Assembly (NCBI GenBank): GCA_021781215.1
Contig: JAJXXC010000007.1
Span: forward strand, 1-52,387
Source: a bacterium
Lineage (GTDB): Bacteria > Patescibacteriota > Saccharimonadia > Saccharimonadales > DATKHC01
Direction of reading: 5' to 3'
Length of the DNA stretch: 52,387 bases
Positions 1 through 8,820 of the stretch are shown here, in pieces (within the stretch, counting starts at the first letter, position 1; every line of letters begins with the position of its first letter). Below the pieces are notes generated by a model. The model ran no database searches and had not been told where the DNA came from. It saw only the letters and a program-made list of their open reading frames with translations. The translations under genes were made by a program, and so were the position numbers.

Positions 1-140
1 CTACCTTCCCAGACGTTAACTCCAACCATACAACCATCAATAACTTTACAGTTTACTACCATCCAGCTTCTACCAATAGACTACGTGGAGGAGCTACCTT
101 CAGTAATGGTAGCCTACAAACATTGGATACACCGCCGTAG
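1..140 (+). CDS. 3' end of an unidentified CDS (partial; continues upstream of the window)
   Basis: Frame 3 is open from the window edge to TAG at 138-140 (...HPASTNRLRGGATFSNGSLQTLDTPP*). No family recognised. Confidence 0.3.
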   Translation, partial: TFPDVNSNHTTINNFTVYYHPASTNRLRGGATFSNGSLQTLDTPP

Positions 141-149
141 GGAATATTC

Positions 150-158
150 TGGTATAAT
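150..158 (+). promoter_or_regulatory. Extended -10 box TGgTATAAT upstream of the inositol-phosphate synthase gene
   Basis: TGGTATAAT at 150-158, 37 nt before ATG 196. Confidence 0.4.
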
Positions 159-195
159 AATATAAATCAATATTCAAAGAATTAATTGAAACAAA

Positions 196-1320
196 ATGGT
201 ATCAAAATATAAAAGTAATAAAATTAAAATTGCCGTCGTTGGGGTTGGCAATTGTTTCTCAGCTCTTTATCAGGGGTTTTCTTATTATAAAGACCATAAA
301 GATGAAGATGTTCCAGGACTAATGTTTAAAGACATCGGTGGTTATGCCCCGACTGATATAGAAGTGGTTGCCGCCTTTGATGTTGACGAACGTAAAGTCG
401 GTAAGCCAGTTGGTCAAGCTATATTTGAAAAACCAAACTGCGCTAGAGTTTTTATGCCAGAAGTCCCAGCTGGGCCAAAAGTTCAAATGGGAAATGTTCT
501 GGACGGGGTTTCGGATTATATGTTGGCACAGCCTGAAGATGAATCTTTCAGGCTATCTGAAATTGATACGGTTGACGTGGTACAGGCCATTAAAGATAGC
601 GGTGCGAGTATACTTGTTAATTATTTACCGGTTGGTTCTCAGAAAGCTACTGAGTTTTATGCCCAGGCAGCAATTGATGCCGGTGTGGCATTTTTAAATT
701 GTATTCCAGTATTTATTGCCAGTAATCCAGTCTGGGAGAAAAAATTTATTGACGCAGGGCTACCTATTGTTGGTGATGATATGCGCAGTGCTTTTGGAGC
801 CAGTATTCTTTCTCAAGTATTACAGGAACTGGCTTTTGATAGAGGTTTTGCGGTAGATTTTCATCAACAAATTAATATTGGCGGTAATACCGACTTTAAT
901 AATATGATGGTTCAGTCAAGGCTGTCTTCTAAAAAAGAATCTAAAGAGAATGTGATTAAAGCCCAGAATGAACTACGAGGCATACCAATTGAGGCCAATA
1001 GTTTATTCGCTGGTCCAAGTACTTACATTCCCTACCTTAAAGATAATAAGGTCGCTTACTTTAATTTAAGACTTCGAGGTTTTGGTGGCCAACCGGTCAC
1101 TCTAGATATAAAGCTGTCTGTCCAGGATTCTGAAAATAGTGCCGGAGTAGTAATTGATGCGATCAGGTATCTGCAAGTTGCCCGAGAGCTGGGTGTAGTC
1201 GGAGCTCTTAGAGGTCCTAGTGCTTGGACTCAGAAGACGCCACCTCAACAAATGATGTATGCAGATGCAAAAGCTGCCTGTGAAGCATTAGCCAAGCGAC
1301 AACTGCCTGAACAGAATTAA
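196..1320 (+). CDS. ino1: myo-inositol-1-phosphate synthase (archaeal/bacterial type)
   Basis: 374 aa. N-terminal Rossmann stretch KIAVVGVGNCFSALYQG, then DIGGY...EVVAAFDVDERKVGK, and overall colinearity with short-form MIPS. Confidence 0.8.
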   Translation: MVSKYKSNKIKIAVVGVGNCFSALYQGFSYYKDHKDEDVPGLMFKDIGGYAPTDIEVVAAFDVDERKVGKPVGQAIFEKPNCARVFMPEVPAGPKVQMGNVLDGVSDYMLAQPEDESFRLSEIDTVDVVQAIKDSGASILVNYLPVGSQKATEFYAQAAIDAGVAFLNCIPVFIASNPVWEKKFIDAGLPIVGDDMRSAFGASILSQVLQELAFDRGFAVDFHQQINIGGNTDFNNMMVQSRLSSKKESKENVIKAQNELRGIPIEANSLFAGPSTYIPYLKDNKVAYFNLRLRGFGGQPVTLDIKLSVQDSENSAGVVIDAIRYLQVARELGVVGALRGPSAWTQKTPPQQMMYADAKAACEALAKRQLPEQN

Positions 1321-1353
1321 TTAAGCTTGGGATTAATATTTAAGCTCTAATGC

Positions 1354-1382
1354 TTGCATGTTTAATAAATTTGGTAGATAAT
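1354..1382 (+). promoter_or_regulatory. Sigma70-like promoter TTGCAT-17-GATAAT for the ORFan operon
   Basis: TTGCAT at 1354-1359, 17-nt spacer, GATAAT at 1377-1382. The context TGCTTGCAT recurs at 2823-2831. Confidence 0.45.
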
Positions 1383-1411
1383 TTTATCCTAATTTAAAAA
1401 GGAAAATATTA

Positions 1412-1981
1412 ATGTCAGAATCAGTAGTTAGTATGCACGCCGAAGTTCCGTTTAGCTTCCCCTATTCAATAGTCAGTACACTTGAGCAAGCCCAGATTAT
1501 AACTACTAAATTATCTGCTATTAGCGGTCGGTTCCCGATTGTTGGTGTCGATAGATCAGTCAGCTTCAGAGAAGAATTAGATAATTTATCGTTCGAAGTT
1601 GGTAGAATACACGCCTCGTTGATATTTAATTTAATGCACTATAGCGAACAAACTAACGAAGAGCTTAGCTCGGAAGAATTAATATATTTCGATAGTTTGA
1701 TTAAAAATATTGATAATATTAGAGGTTTTGATTTCGAAACTCCTAATAAAGAGGTTAATCGATTTAGATCATTAACTCCCGGGTCGTACGTGGCTTTTAT
1801 TGAATCGGGCGAGGCTTCTGGCTCAGTACTAGAAGGTGTACTAGATAATTTCCCGGTCGCACACTTAGAACCTGACTTTGATGAGAATACTATAGACGTA
1901 AACGTCAATTATCGGTTTAGTGACCAGAGAGAAGTCTCTAGATTATGGAGCGAAGCTACTGTAATTAAATTAATTAGATAA
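1412..1981 (+). CDS. hypothetical protein (acidic, soluble)
   Basis: 189-aa ORF with an AAAGGAAAA SD-like element upstream. No TM segment and no recognisable motif. Confidence 0.55.
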   Translation: MSESVVSMHAEVPFSFPYSIVSTLEQAQIITTKLSAISGRFPIVGVDRSVSFREELDNLSFEVGRIHASLIFNLMHYSEQTNEELSSEELIYFDSLIKNIDNIRGFDFETPNKEVNRFRSLTPGSYVAFIESGEASGSVLEGVLDNFPVAHLEPDFDENTIDVNVNYRFSDQREVSRLWSEATVIKLIR

Positions 1982-1994
1982 TGATCAGAAGCCT

Positions 1995-2792
1995 ATGAAC
2001 CAAGCAGAACGAGAAGTGCCCCTATATTCAATTGGTAATTATCAGAGTGATGGATTAACTTGCAAAGTAAATTTGCCAGAATTTATTTCATTTGATCATA
2101 CACATTTTAACGCTCAACGAATAAAAACTTTTGCCCGTATTGCTGGACTAGATAATCTTTATATTTATTCTGAACCAGGTGAGGTGTCTGAATATGAGTT
2201 TAATTTAGATAGGATAAATGCTGATGGTACGGCAGTTATGGATGCGAGCCATGAGATGTTGGTTCACAAAGCCGTACTTTCTTCTGGCATGATAGCCAAG
2301 CATGAGCATCAGGAGTATGAAAAATTTTCAGATTTTTCCTGGGGTGACGGCATAATTAAGGTTAATTCTTCCGAACTTAATGATCGAGTTCTTCGGCTAG
2401 CCGATAAATATAAAATGGCTAATGCGCAACATCTATGGAGTTTGTTATTAAATGAGGTGATCGCTGACGGAATTTATCAAGTGGCCAAAGAGAATTTAGC
2501 CGGTGATAATGTTTCGCCACTTAATAGAGCTGCTTTTTGGGCAACTATGTCGGAATTAGGGCTATTTTCGGTACTGAATGAATCTTTCAGGCGCAGTATT
2601 GAGTCAAAAACTATCTATAGTTTGGGAGTTTTGGCGCTAGATCAGGCTATGATGGTAGGCTCAAGTATGATTTTTGGCAAGAATTCGATTCGTGACTGGA
2701 GGTGGTCTCTAATACCGGGTTATCAGCTTGATAGAATACTCTTGGCTAGGATAATACCGAAACTATTGCCTGTTGTAACAGTGAATTTGTAG
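1995..2792 (+). CDS. hypothetical protein
   Basis: 265-aa ORF starting 13 nt after the previous stop. No recognisable motif. Confidence 0.55.
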   Translation: MNQAEREVPLYSIGNYQSDGLTCKVNLPEFISFDHTHFNAQRIKTFARIAGLDNLYIYSEPGEVSEYEFNLDRINADGTAVMDASHEMLVHKAVLSSGMIAKHEHQEYEKFSDFSWGDGIIKVNSSELNDRVLRLADKYKMANAQHLWSLLLNEVIADGIYQVAKENLAGDNVSPLNRAAFWATMSELGLFSVLNESFRRSIESKTIYSLGVLALDQAMMVGSSMIFGKNSIRDWRWSLIPGYQLDRILLARIIPKLLPVVTVNL

Positions 2793-2862
2793 GCCAACCA
2801 TTTTTCTGTAGCGTATTACTAGTGCTTGCATAATTTAAACAATGTATTAATCTTAGCTTAAT

Positions 2863-3255
2863 ATGGAAAAACATTCAGATTCCGAACATCAAATGGAGGA
2901 TAGGATTTTAGACCTATTATCTGAGCCTCTAGTTGCTGGTCAGTATGAGAACATCAAAGACGGCATAGTTGTAGCTAAAGTAGATATCAAAGATATCGCC
3001 GGTGGCCAGTTCATTAGTGTTGAGTCAAAAAATGTTGATGAGGAAACAATGACATACATTACAGTTTCCCGGCAGACGGATACTAAACAGGTTTTATCGG
3101 TTTCGGCTATGCAGCTTATTAAGTCAGGTCGTCGAGACGTTGTTTATTTGTATTACCCTGGCTCTGAAACTGTTAGCGATTTAATTAACATATCTAATTT
3201 AAATATGTTAGTTGAGTTAGTAATTGAGTCTCAAACGCAGGCTAAAGATATTTAA
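2863..3255 (+). CDS. hypothetical protein
   Basis: 130-aa acidic ORF. TTGCAT at 2826-2831 lies upstream. Confidence 0.5.
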   Translation: MEKHSDSEHQMEDRILDLLSEPLVAGQYENIKDGIVVAKVDIKDIAGGQFISVESKNVDEETMTYITVSRQTDTKQVLSVSAMQLIKSGRRDVVYLYYPGSETVSDLINISNLNMLVELVIESQTQAKDI

Positions 3256-3272
3256 TTTAGGAGTATGATGAT

Positions 3273-3644
3273 ATGTATATGACTAGTAATAAAACAGTAG
3301 AAGTTAGTAAATCGTTTAAAGCAGACAGGAAGATTTTGGCTAAATTAATTGACCCAGAAAACCTTATGATCCCTCAAGCATGTGAAGACTGTACATATAG
3401 ATCAAACGAATGCGCGGCTGGTGTGGCTGCTAATATAGTTACTGACGCCGAAGCCTACACCCAGGATCAGAGATTGTTTATTGGCCAGGAAGTTACTCAG
3501 TTATTTAGAGAAGCTATGGTTTTACCAGAATTAGTCAGAGTCGCTTATATGTGCGTTGATAGGATTGATTCTGGCGGCGGATTGCAGGATTTCGATTTCG
3601 AACAGATTATAGAACAGAGCCGTTTAAGAAATTCTGATATCTAA
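3273..3644 (+). CDS. hypothetical protein
   Basis: 123-aa ORF. AGGAG at 3259-3263 lies 9 nt before the ATG. Confidence 0.5.
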   Translation: MYMTSNKTVEVSKSFKADRKILAKLIDPENLMIPQACEDCTYRSNECAAGVAANIVTDAEAYTQDQRLFIGQEVTQLFREAMVLPELVRVAYMCVDRIDSGGGLQDFDFEQIIEQSRLRNSDI

Positions 3645-3655
3645 AACTAAGATCT

Positions 3656-4966
3656 TTAGTTAAATTTTTTTCTGTAGTAATCCACTAATTGATTAAGCGG
3701 AATTTCTTCTTGAGTGTTTTTTGCTAAGTTTTTAGCGATGAAGGTTTTTTTCTGTTTTTCGGTTTCGCCATATAATAATACTTCTGCTACTCCTAATCTA
3801 TCTATGTCTCTAAGTTGATTTTTTAATCGACTATCTTGGTAGATAATCTCGGTAGATATATTATTATCTCTTAAATTTTTGGCTATTTTAAATCTATCGC
3901 CATCTAGATTTGGACTTAAATTAACGATATATACTTTAGTTTTCGTTTTTAGATTGCTCATTAGATCAAGTTGTTTCATGCCTTCAAGCAACCTATCCAC
4001 GCCGATTGAGGTGCCGATGGCCGGAAGATTCGGTCCACCCAATTGTTCGATTAATTTGTCGTATCTACCACCGCTACAAACACTACCGATATCTGTTAGT
4101 TTTCTAATCTTGGTTTCAAAAATTGTCCCAGTGTAATAGCTAAGACCTCTGGCTATGGTCTGATCAAAGGTAATTTGGTTTTCGTTGTACCCTGCTAGGT
4201 AGAGGGTGTCTAGAATACTAATCAATTCACTACAGGCCTCGGCAGTTGGTTTATCTCCTATAATTTTAGAGACCTCAGTAATTTTCTGTTGGCTAGTGCC
4301 TTCTATGGATAAAAATTGATCAACTAATTTTCGTCCACTTTCGCCAATCATTTTTTCTATTTCACGCAGCACCGTAGGTTTGCCGATTTTATCAATTTTA
4401 TCGATAATGCCAACTAATTTAATAAATTCCTTTTGAGTATCAATTCCACATTTTCGAGATAAGCCATCTAGTATCCTTCGGTCATTGACGTAGATAGTAG
4501 TCTCGACTCCTATTGTATCCATAGCATCACTCATCATCGCTAGGATCTCGATGTCGGCAGTGTAGCTGGAAGTGCCGACAATATCGGCATCAAATTGGGT
4601 AAACTCCCTAAATCTACCAGCTTGTGGGCTTTCCCCCCTCCAAACGTCACCTACGGCGTATCTTTTATATGGCTTGGGTAATGTTTCGCTATATTGAGCC
4701 ATAACTCTAGCTAGGGGCACGGTTTGGTCGTATCTAAGAGCAACTTTTCGCCCACCATTGTCTTCAAAGGAATACATCAGCTTATCACCCTCTTCGCCAT
4801 ACTTGCCACTGAGAGTTTCTAGCAGTTCAAGAGCCGGGGTTTTTAGTGGAACATAACCGTAGAGCTCATAGACTGATTTAATTTTAGTTAGTACCTCATC
4901 CCGATTAAGCATTTGCTCGGATAGCAGATCTCTAAATCCAGATAGAGGTCCTGATGTTTTTACCAT
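3656..4966 (-). CDS. hisS: histidine--tRNA ligase
   Basis: 436 aa. Class II HisRS signatures GFRDLLSEQ, RYDQTVPLAR, FREFTQFDADIVG, GGRYD, and a C-terminal anticodon-binding domain. Confidence 0.9.
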   Translation of the reverse strand: MVKTSGPLSGFRDLLSEQMLNRDEVLTKIKSVYELYGYVPLKTPALELLETLSGKYGEEGDKLMYSFEDNGGRKVALRYDQTVPLARVMAQYSETLPKPYKRYAVGDVWRGESPQAGRFREFTQFDADIVGTSSYTADIEILAMMSDAMDTIGVETTIYVNDRRILDGLSRKCGIDTQKEFIKLVGIIDKIDKIGKPTVLREIEKMIGESGRKLVDQFLSIEGTSQQKITEVSKIIGDKPTAEACSELISILDTLYLAGYNENQITFDQTIARGLSYYTGTIFETKIRKLTDIGSVCSGGRYDKLIEQLGGPNLPAIGTSIGVDRLLEGMKQLDLMSNLKTKTKVYIVNLSPNLDGDRFKIAKNLRDNNISTEIIYQDSRLKNQLRDIDRLGVAEVLLYGETEKQKKTFIAKNLAKNTQEEIPLNQLVDYYRKKFN

Positions 4967-5046
4967 AGTATCTCTTGTTAATTTACAGAGCTAATTATAT
5001 AGATTAGCAACTATTACTACAAACTGTTGTCAATACTCTAGTGGGA

Positions 5047-6246
5047 TTATTTATAGCTAATAGCGCTTGAGCTGCCAACAACAGTAATCCAAGTTTGTCC
5101 AACATTTAGTTGAACCGGAACATTGTTTAGCGTCGTGAAGACAATTTGACTGGTTGGACTAGCTTTTGTCCAGTTAGCTTGAGTCATAGTTCCATCCTGG
5201 AAAATGTCAGCGGTACCACTACCAATATCTGAATAAGCTACATAATTTGCACCCGTGGAATCAAGCGGTCCGTATGTCCAAGGAACAATCATGGCTATAA
5301 CTACTTTTGGATCCAGCTGTGCATTGGTGTTTGCATCTATCATTGGGGCACCAGCCTCCGATCTTAAATAGCTATTATTGGCGGGGTTGTAGACATAGTT
5401 AACTGCGAAATCTGCGTACGATAAATTTAGATCTATATTAGTAGCGTTAGGCACTTTTGCTGGTTGGTCAGCTTTTCTAGGGAAGCCTGTAAAACTAGAA
5501 TATCCATAACCCAGGCTAGATTCTAGGTTAAGTAATGTACTCATTGAAGTGTAGACGTTATGAGGTGCTATTCTGCTGGTTATTCTCGTAAAACTGTTCC
5601 CATGGTAGAACTGATTTATATCTTTAACATTGTCGGCTTGAATTTGGGATAGTGCTGCTGGGCTGCCACCAACATGAACATAGCTAGAATTAAAACCGAG
5701 TTCCCAGTCTACGAAGTATGGCCTAGCGCTTCGGATGGGGCCAATTGAGCTAGGTTGTCCTTCTTGATATAAAGCCATAAATCTAGTAACCCCGCCCTCG
5801 GCTAGAGCCTCAAAAACTACACCGGCTTGTGATAATCCAGACTGAGGTCTAGCAGCATCACTATTCTCAATCATGACTGCTGTTACGGGTAGGACACTTT
5901 CGGCTTTGGTAACCACAGCCCCAGTTAATGGGGAGTGATAAATTATAGGCTTAACAGTCGCGACTTTTTTAGTAGTTATTAGGACTGGTTTATTGGCCGG
6001 TTTAGTGGTTAGAACCAGTGCAACTACAACGGTAACAATAATTAAAACCAGGCCACTAATTAGATAATGCTTCTTAGTAAATTTAGATAGTAGATGCTTG
6101 GGTAATTTTTGATTTTCTTTAGTTGGTTTTATCGGATCGTCTTTTTTAATCTCTTCAGTTAGATGATCGTTGCTATCAATTGTGAAATTAAGATCAGCTT
6201 CAGGCTCTTTGTGCTTAACTTTTGGTAATTTAGTTAAATCGTCCAT
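5047..6246 (-). CDS. DUF3048 (YerB-like) membrane-anchored protein
   Basis: 399 aa with an N-terminal TM. AVMIENSDAARPQSGLSQAGVVFEALAEGGVTRFMALY and IRSARPYFVDWE match the DUF3048 core. Confidence 0.8.
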   Translation of the reverse strand: MDDLTKLPKVKHKEPEADLNFTIDSNDHLTEEIKKDDPIKPTKENQKLPKHLLSKFTKKHYLISGLVLIIVTVVVALVLTTKPANKPVLITTKKVATVKPIIYHSPLTGAVVTKAESVLPVTAVMIENSDAARPQSGLSQAGVVFEALAEGGVTRFMALYQEGQPSSIGPIRSARPYFVDWELGFNSSYVHVGGSPAALSQIQADNVKDINQFYHGNSFTRITSRIAPHNVYTSMSTLLNLESSLGYGYSSFTGFPRKADQPAKVPNATNIDLNLSYADFAVNYVYNPANNSYLRSEAGAPMIDANTNAQLDPKVVIAMIVPWTYGPLDSTGANYVAYSDIGSGTADIFQDGTMTQANWTKASPTSQIVFTTLNNVPVQLNVGQTWITVVGSSSAISYK

Positions 6247-6384
6247 TTATTTGATCAGTTGATTATTCTTTCTAAAACTATAAACCGCTAATGATGTTAT
6301 TATTCTAGCAGGATGTGGCAGCAAAATCACTAGTCATAAATTTATAATGACTGTTTTTGGGGTATAATCAACTAAAATAAGTAT

Positions 6385-8820
6385 ATGCGAAAGCAACGAA
6401 CTAATATTGACAAGAAGGTTCGGGGAAAACTACTTCTACTTCAGGTGCCTCGTACTAATGATAAATTGATGGAGTCGACCGAGTATTTGTTGTCATCACT
6501 GTTTACTTTACTGGATAATAATATAGTTGGTGGCAAACATAAACAGCGGATTAGTTTAGAAATTGCGGTTTTAAATAAAATCATTGGTTTCTATATTTGG
6601 ACGCCAGCGCCTATAAGGCAATTGGTTGAAGAACAGATATACTCTCAATATCCAATGGCTCAAATCTCTGAAGCCAAAGACTATGTTAATTTGGACTCAG
6701 TTGAATCTCAGTTAATTAGCGAGATTAGATTAGCTCATGACGATACACTACCAATCAAGTTTGGGGCGGAATTTAAAGTTGATCCACTGCTATCAATGGC
6801 GGCAACTCTATCTGAGCTAAAAGATGACGAACAAGCATGGATTCAAATAATTATTACACCTGCTGCTTCGAGTTGGCATAATGAGGCGTTGAAATATTCA
6901 GAAATGCTTAAGCATCCAACTCCATCTATTATGAAAACTATTCTTGGTATAACCAATCTCAAGGTCAGCGACACCAACATGGATCGTTCGAAGGCAGTTA
7001 TTACGAAGAGTCAGAAGCCGGCATTCAAAACGACGATCAGGATAGTCTACCGCGGCAACTCTAAATTGCTTCAAGCTAAAATCAGGTTGCAGGCTATAGC
7101 CGCTTCGTTCATGCAGTTCAACACCCCAAACTACAATTCTTTTAGCCAGATCTATTTAGGCAGTAAGAATGAATTTATTGGGGATTACCATCTTCGACAA
7201 CCATCTCCTTATGTCTCGATATTAAACACCGAGGAATTAGCCGGCATTTATCACCTGCCTCACTCGAAGATTGGGACACCAAATATTAGCTGGAGTGATT
7301 CAAAAATGGTTGAGCCCCCCACAAATCTACCGACTATAGACGAAGACACGCCGGATGCTCTGAAGCCCGAAGTATCAGAAATTGCTTTCACCAATTATAG
7401 GGGCAAACAAACGATTTTTGGCTTGCCTCGTGCTGATCGGTCTAGACACTTGTATATTTTAGGCCAAACCGGAGTTGGTAAGTCCGCTCTACTAGAGTTA
7501 CTGACTATAGCTGATATTAATAGCCCCTATGGTTTTGCCATCATTGACCCGCATGGTGACTATGCGATTAATGTCCTGAGGCGAATTCCAAAAAATCGAA
7601 TTAAAGACGTAGTTTATGTTAATCCGGCTGATATTGAATATCCGATAGCATTCAATCCGTTAGAAATATATGATCCAAGGTTAAAAAATCATATATGTGG
7701 CGAATTGCTGAATGTCTTAAAACCGATTTTCGAAGGCTGGAATCCTAGGCTGGAGTATATGTTAAGAAATTCAATTTTAGCACTACTAGACTATCCCGAT
7801 GCTACCATGTTGGATATCCCAAGGTTGCTTATGGACGCTGAATTTAGAGAACAAGTAATGGCATTCATTAAAGATAGAATTGTCGCTCATTTTTGGACAG
7901 ACGAATACGAACAATGGAGCCAAGATTATTTACAGATTGCCATTGAGCCAATCTTAAATAAGATCGGCGAGTTTACTACTAACCCAATCATTAAAAATAT
8001 AATTTCACACCCTAAGAGCAGTTTTAATATTCGCCAAATTATGGACGAGGGTAAGATTTTGATTGTTAATTTGTCGCAGGGTTTAATTGGAGAGGAAAAT
8101 GCCACCCTGCTAGGGTCGTTGATTGTTTCCAGTATTCAAAGGGCAGCTATGAGTCGAGCTGACATTGAAGACATTGATCTGCGAGTTCCTTTCTATTTAT
8201 ATGTTGATGAGTTTCAAAATTTTGCTACAGACTCATTCAAGACTATTTTGAGTGAAGCTCGCAAATACGGGCTGATGTTAACTATGGCTAACCAGTATAT
8301 TGATCAAATGTCGGTTGGCGTCCAGGAGGCTATTTTTGGCAACATTGGTTCAATTATTGCCTTTAGGCTAAGTGCTAACGATGCCAGTTCAATGATTAAA
8401 TATTTTGAGCCTAACTTTACGGACCATGACTTAGTTCACTTACATAATCGACATATTGCGGTCAATATGACAATTGCTGGGCAACGGGTACCAGCCTTTT
8501 CTGCTGAAACAATAAATCTGCCGGCAATAGTTGATAATAATGCTAAGGAGATTATTGCCGCTAGCCGAACAAAATTTGCTGTTACGTCCAGTGGTGTTGA
8601 TTCAAGAATCCTCTATATGTCTAAATCTAATCTTAGAAAAACCCAGGTTAATAAAACTGAATTAGCTAAAGATATTGGCCACTATGTGCGTACTAAAACT
8701 ATCTCTACGCCAGACATTAAAAAACCCAAAAAACCAAGTGCTGTTAAAAAACTTCTATCAAGACACCTGCCTTCAAAGGTAATCGATCTGGATGAAGACC
8801 AATCAGTTAGATTTCACTAG
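6385..8820 (+). CDS. VirD4/TraD/HerA-like P-loop NTPase with an unknown ~340-aa N-terminal domain
   Basis: 811 aa. Walker A ILGQTGVGKSALL, Walker B FYLYVDEFQNF, and LMLTMANQ. No predicted TM helix. Confidence 0.6.
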   Translation: MRKQRTNIDKKVRGKLLLLQVPRTNDKLMESTEYLLSSLFTLLDNNIVGGKHKQRISLEIAVLNKIIGFYIWTPAPIRQLVEEQIYSQYPMAQISEAKDYVNLDSVESQLISEIRLAHDDTLPIKFGAEFKVDPLLSMAATLSELKDDEQAWIQIIITPAASSWHNEALKYSEMLKHPTPSIMKTILGITNLKVSDTNMDRSKAVITKSQKPAFKTTIRIVYRGNSKLLQAKIRLQAIAASFMQFNTPNYNSFSQIYLGSKNEFIGDYHLRQPSPYVSILNTEELAGIYHLPHSKIGTPNISWSDSKMVEPPTNLPTIDEDTPDALKPEVSEIAFTNYRGKQTIFGLPRADRSRHLYILGQTGVGKSALLELLTIADINSPYGFAIIDPHGDYAINVLRRIPKNRIKDVVYVNPADIEYPIAFNPLEIYDPRLKNHICGELLNVLKPIFEGWNPRLEYMLRNSILALLDYPDATMLDIPRLLMDAEFREQVMAFIKDRIVAHFWTDEYEQWSQDYLQIAIEPILNKIGEFTTNPIIKNIISHPKSSFNIRQIMDEGKILIVNLSQGLIGEENATLLGSLIVSSIQRAAMSRADIEDIDLRVPFYLYVDEFQNFATDSFKTILSEARKYGLMLTMANQYIDQMSVGVQEAIFGNIGSIIAFRLSANDASSMIKYFEPNFTDHDLVHLHNRHIAVNMTIAGQRVPAFSAETINLPAIVDNNAKEIIAASRTKFAVTSSGVDSRILYMSKSNLRKTQVNKTELAKDIGHYVRTKTISTPDIKKPKKPSAVKKLLSRHLPSKVIDLDEDQSVRFH

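Noticed and set aside
4967-5046. T-box or other leader riboswitches upstream of hisS (and of gltX at 10243-10271 and trpS at 36329-36402).
   Set aside because: The upstream spacers are 29-80 nt, far shorter than a T-box leader of about 200 nt or more. No specifier or T-box consensus is seen.
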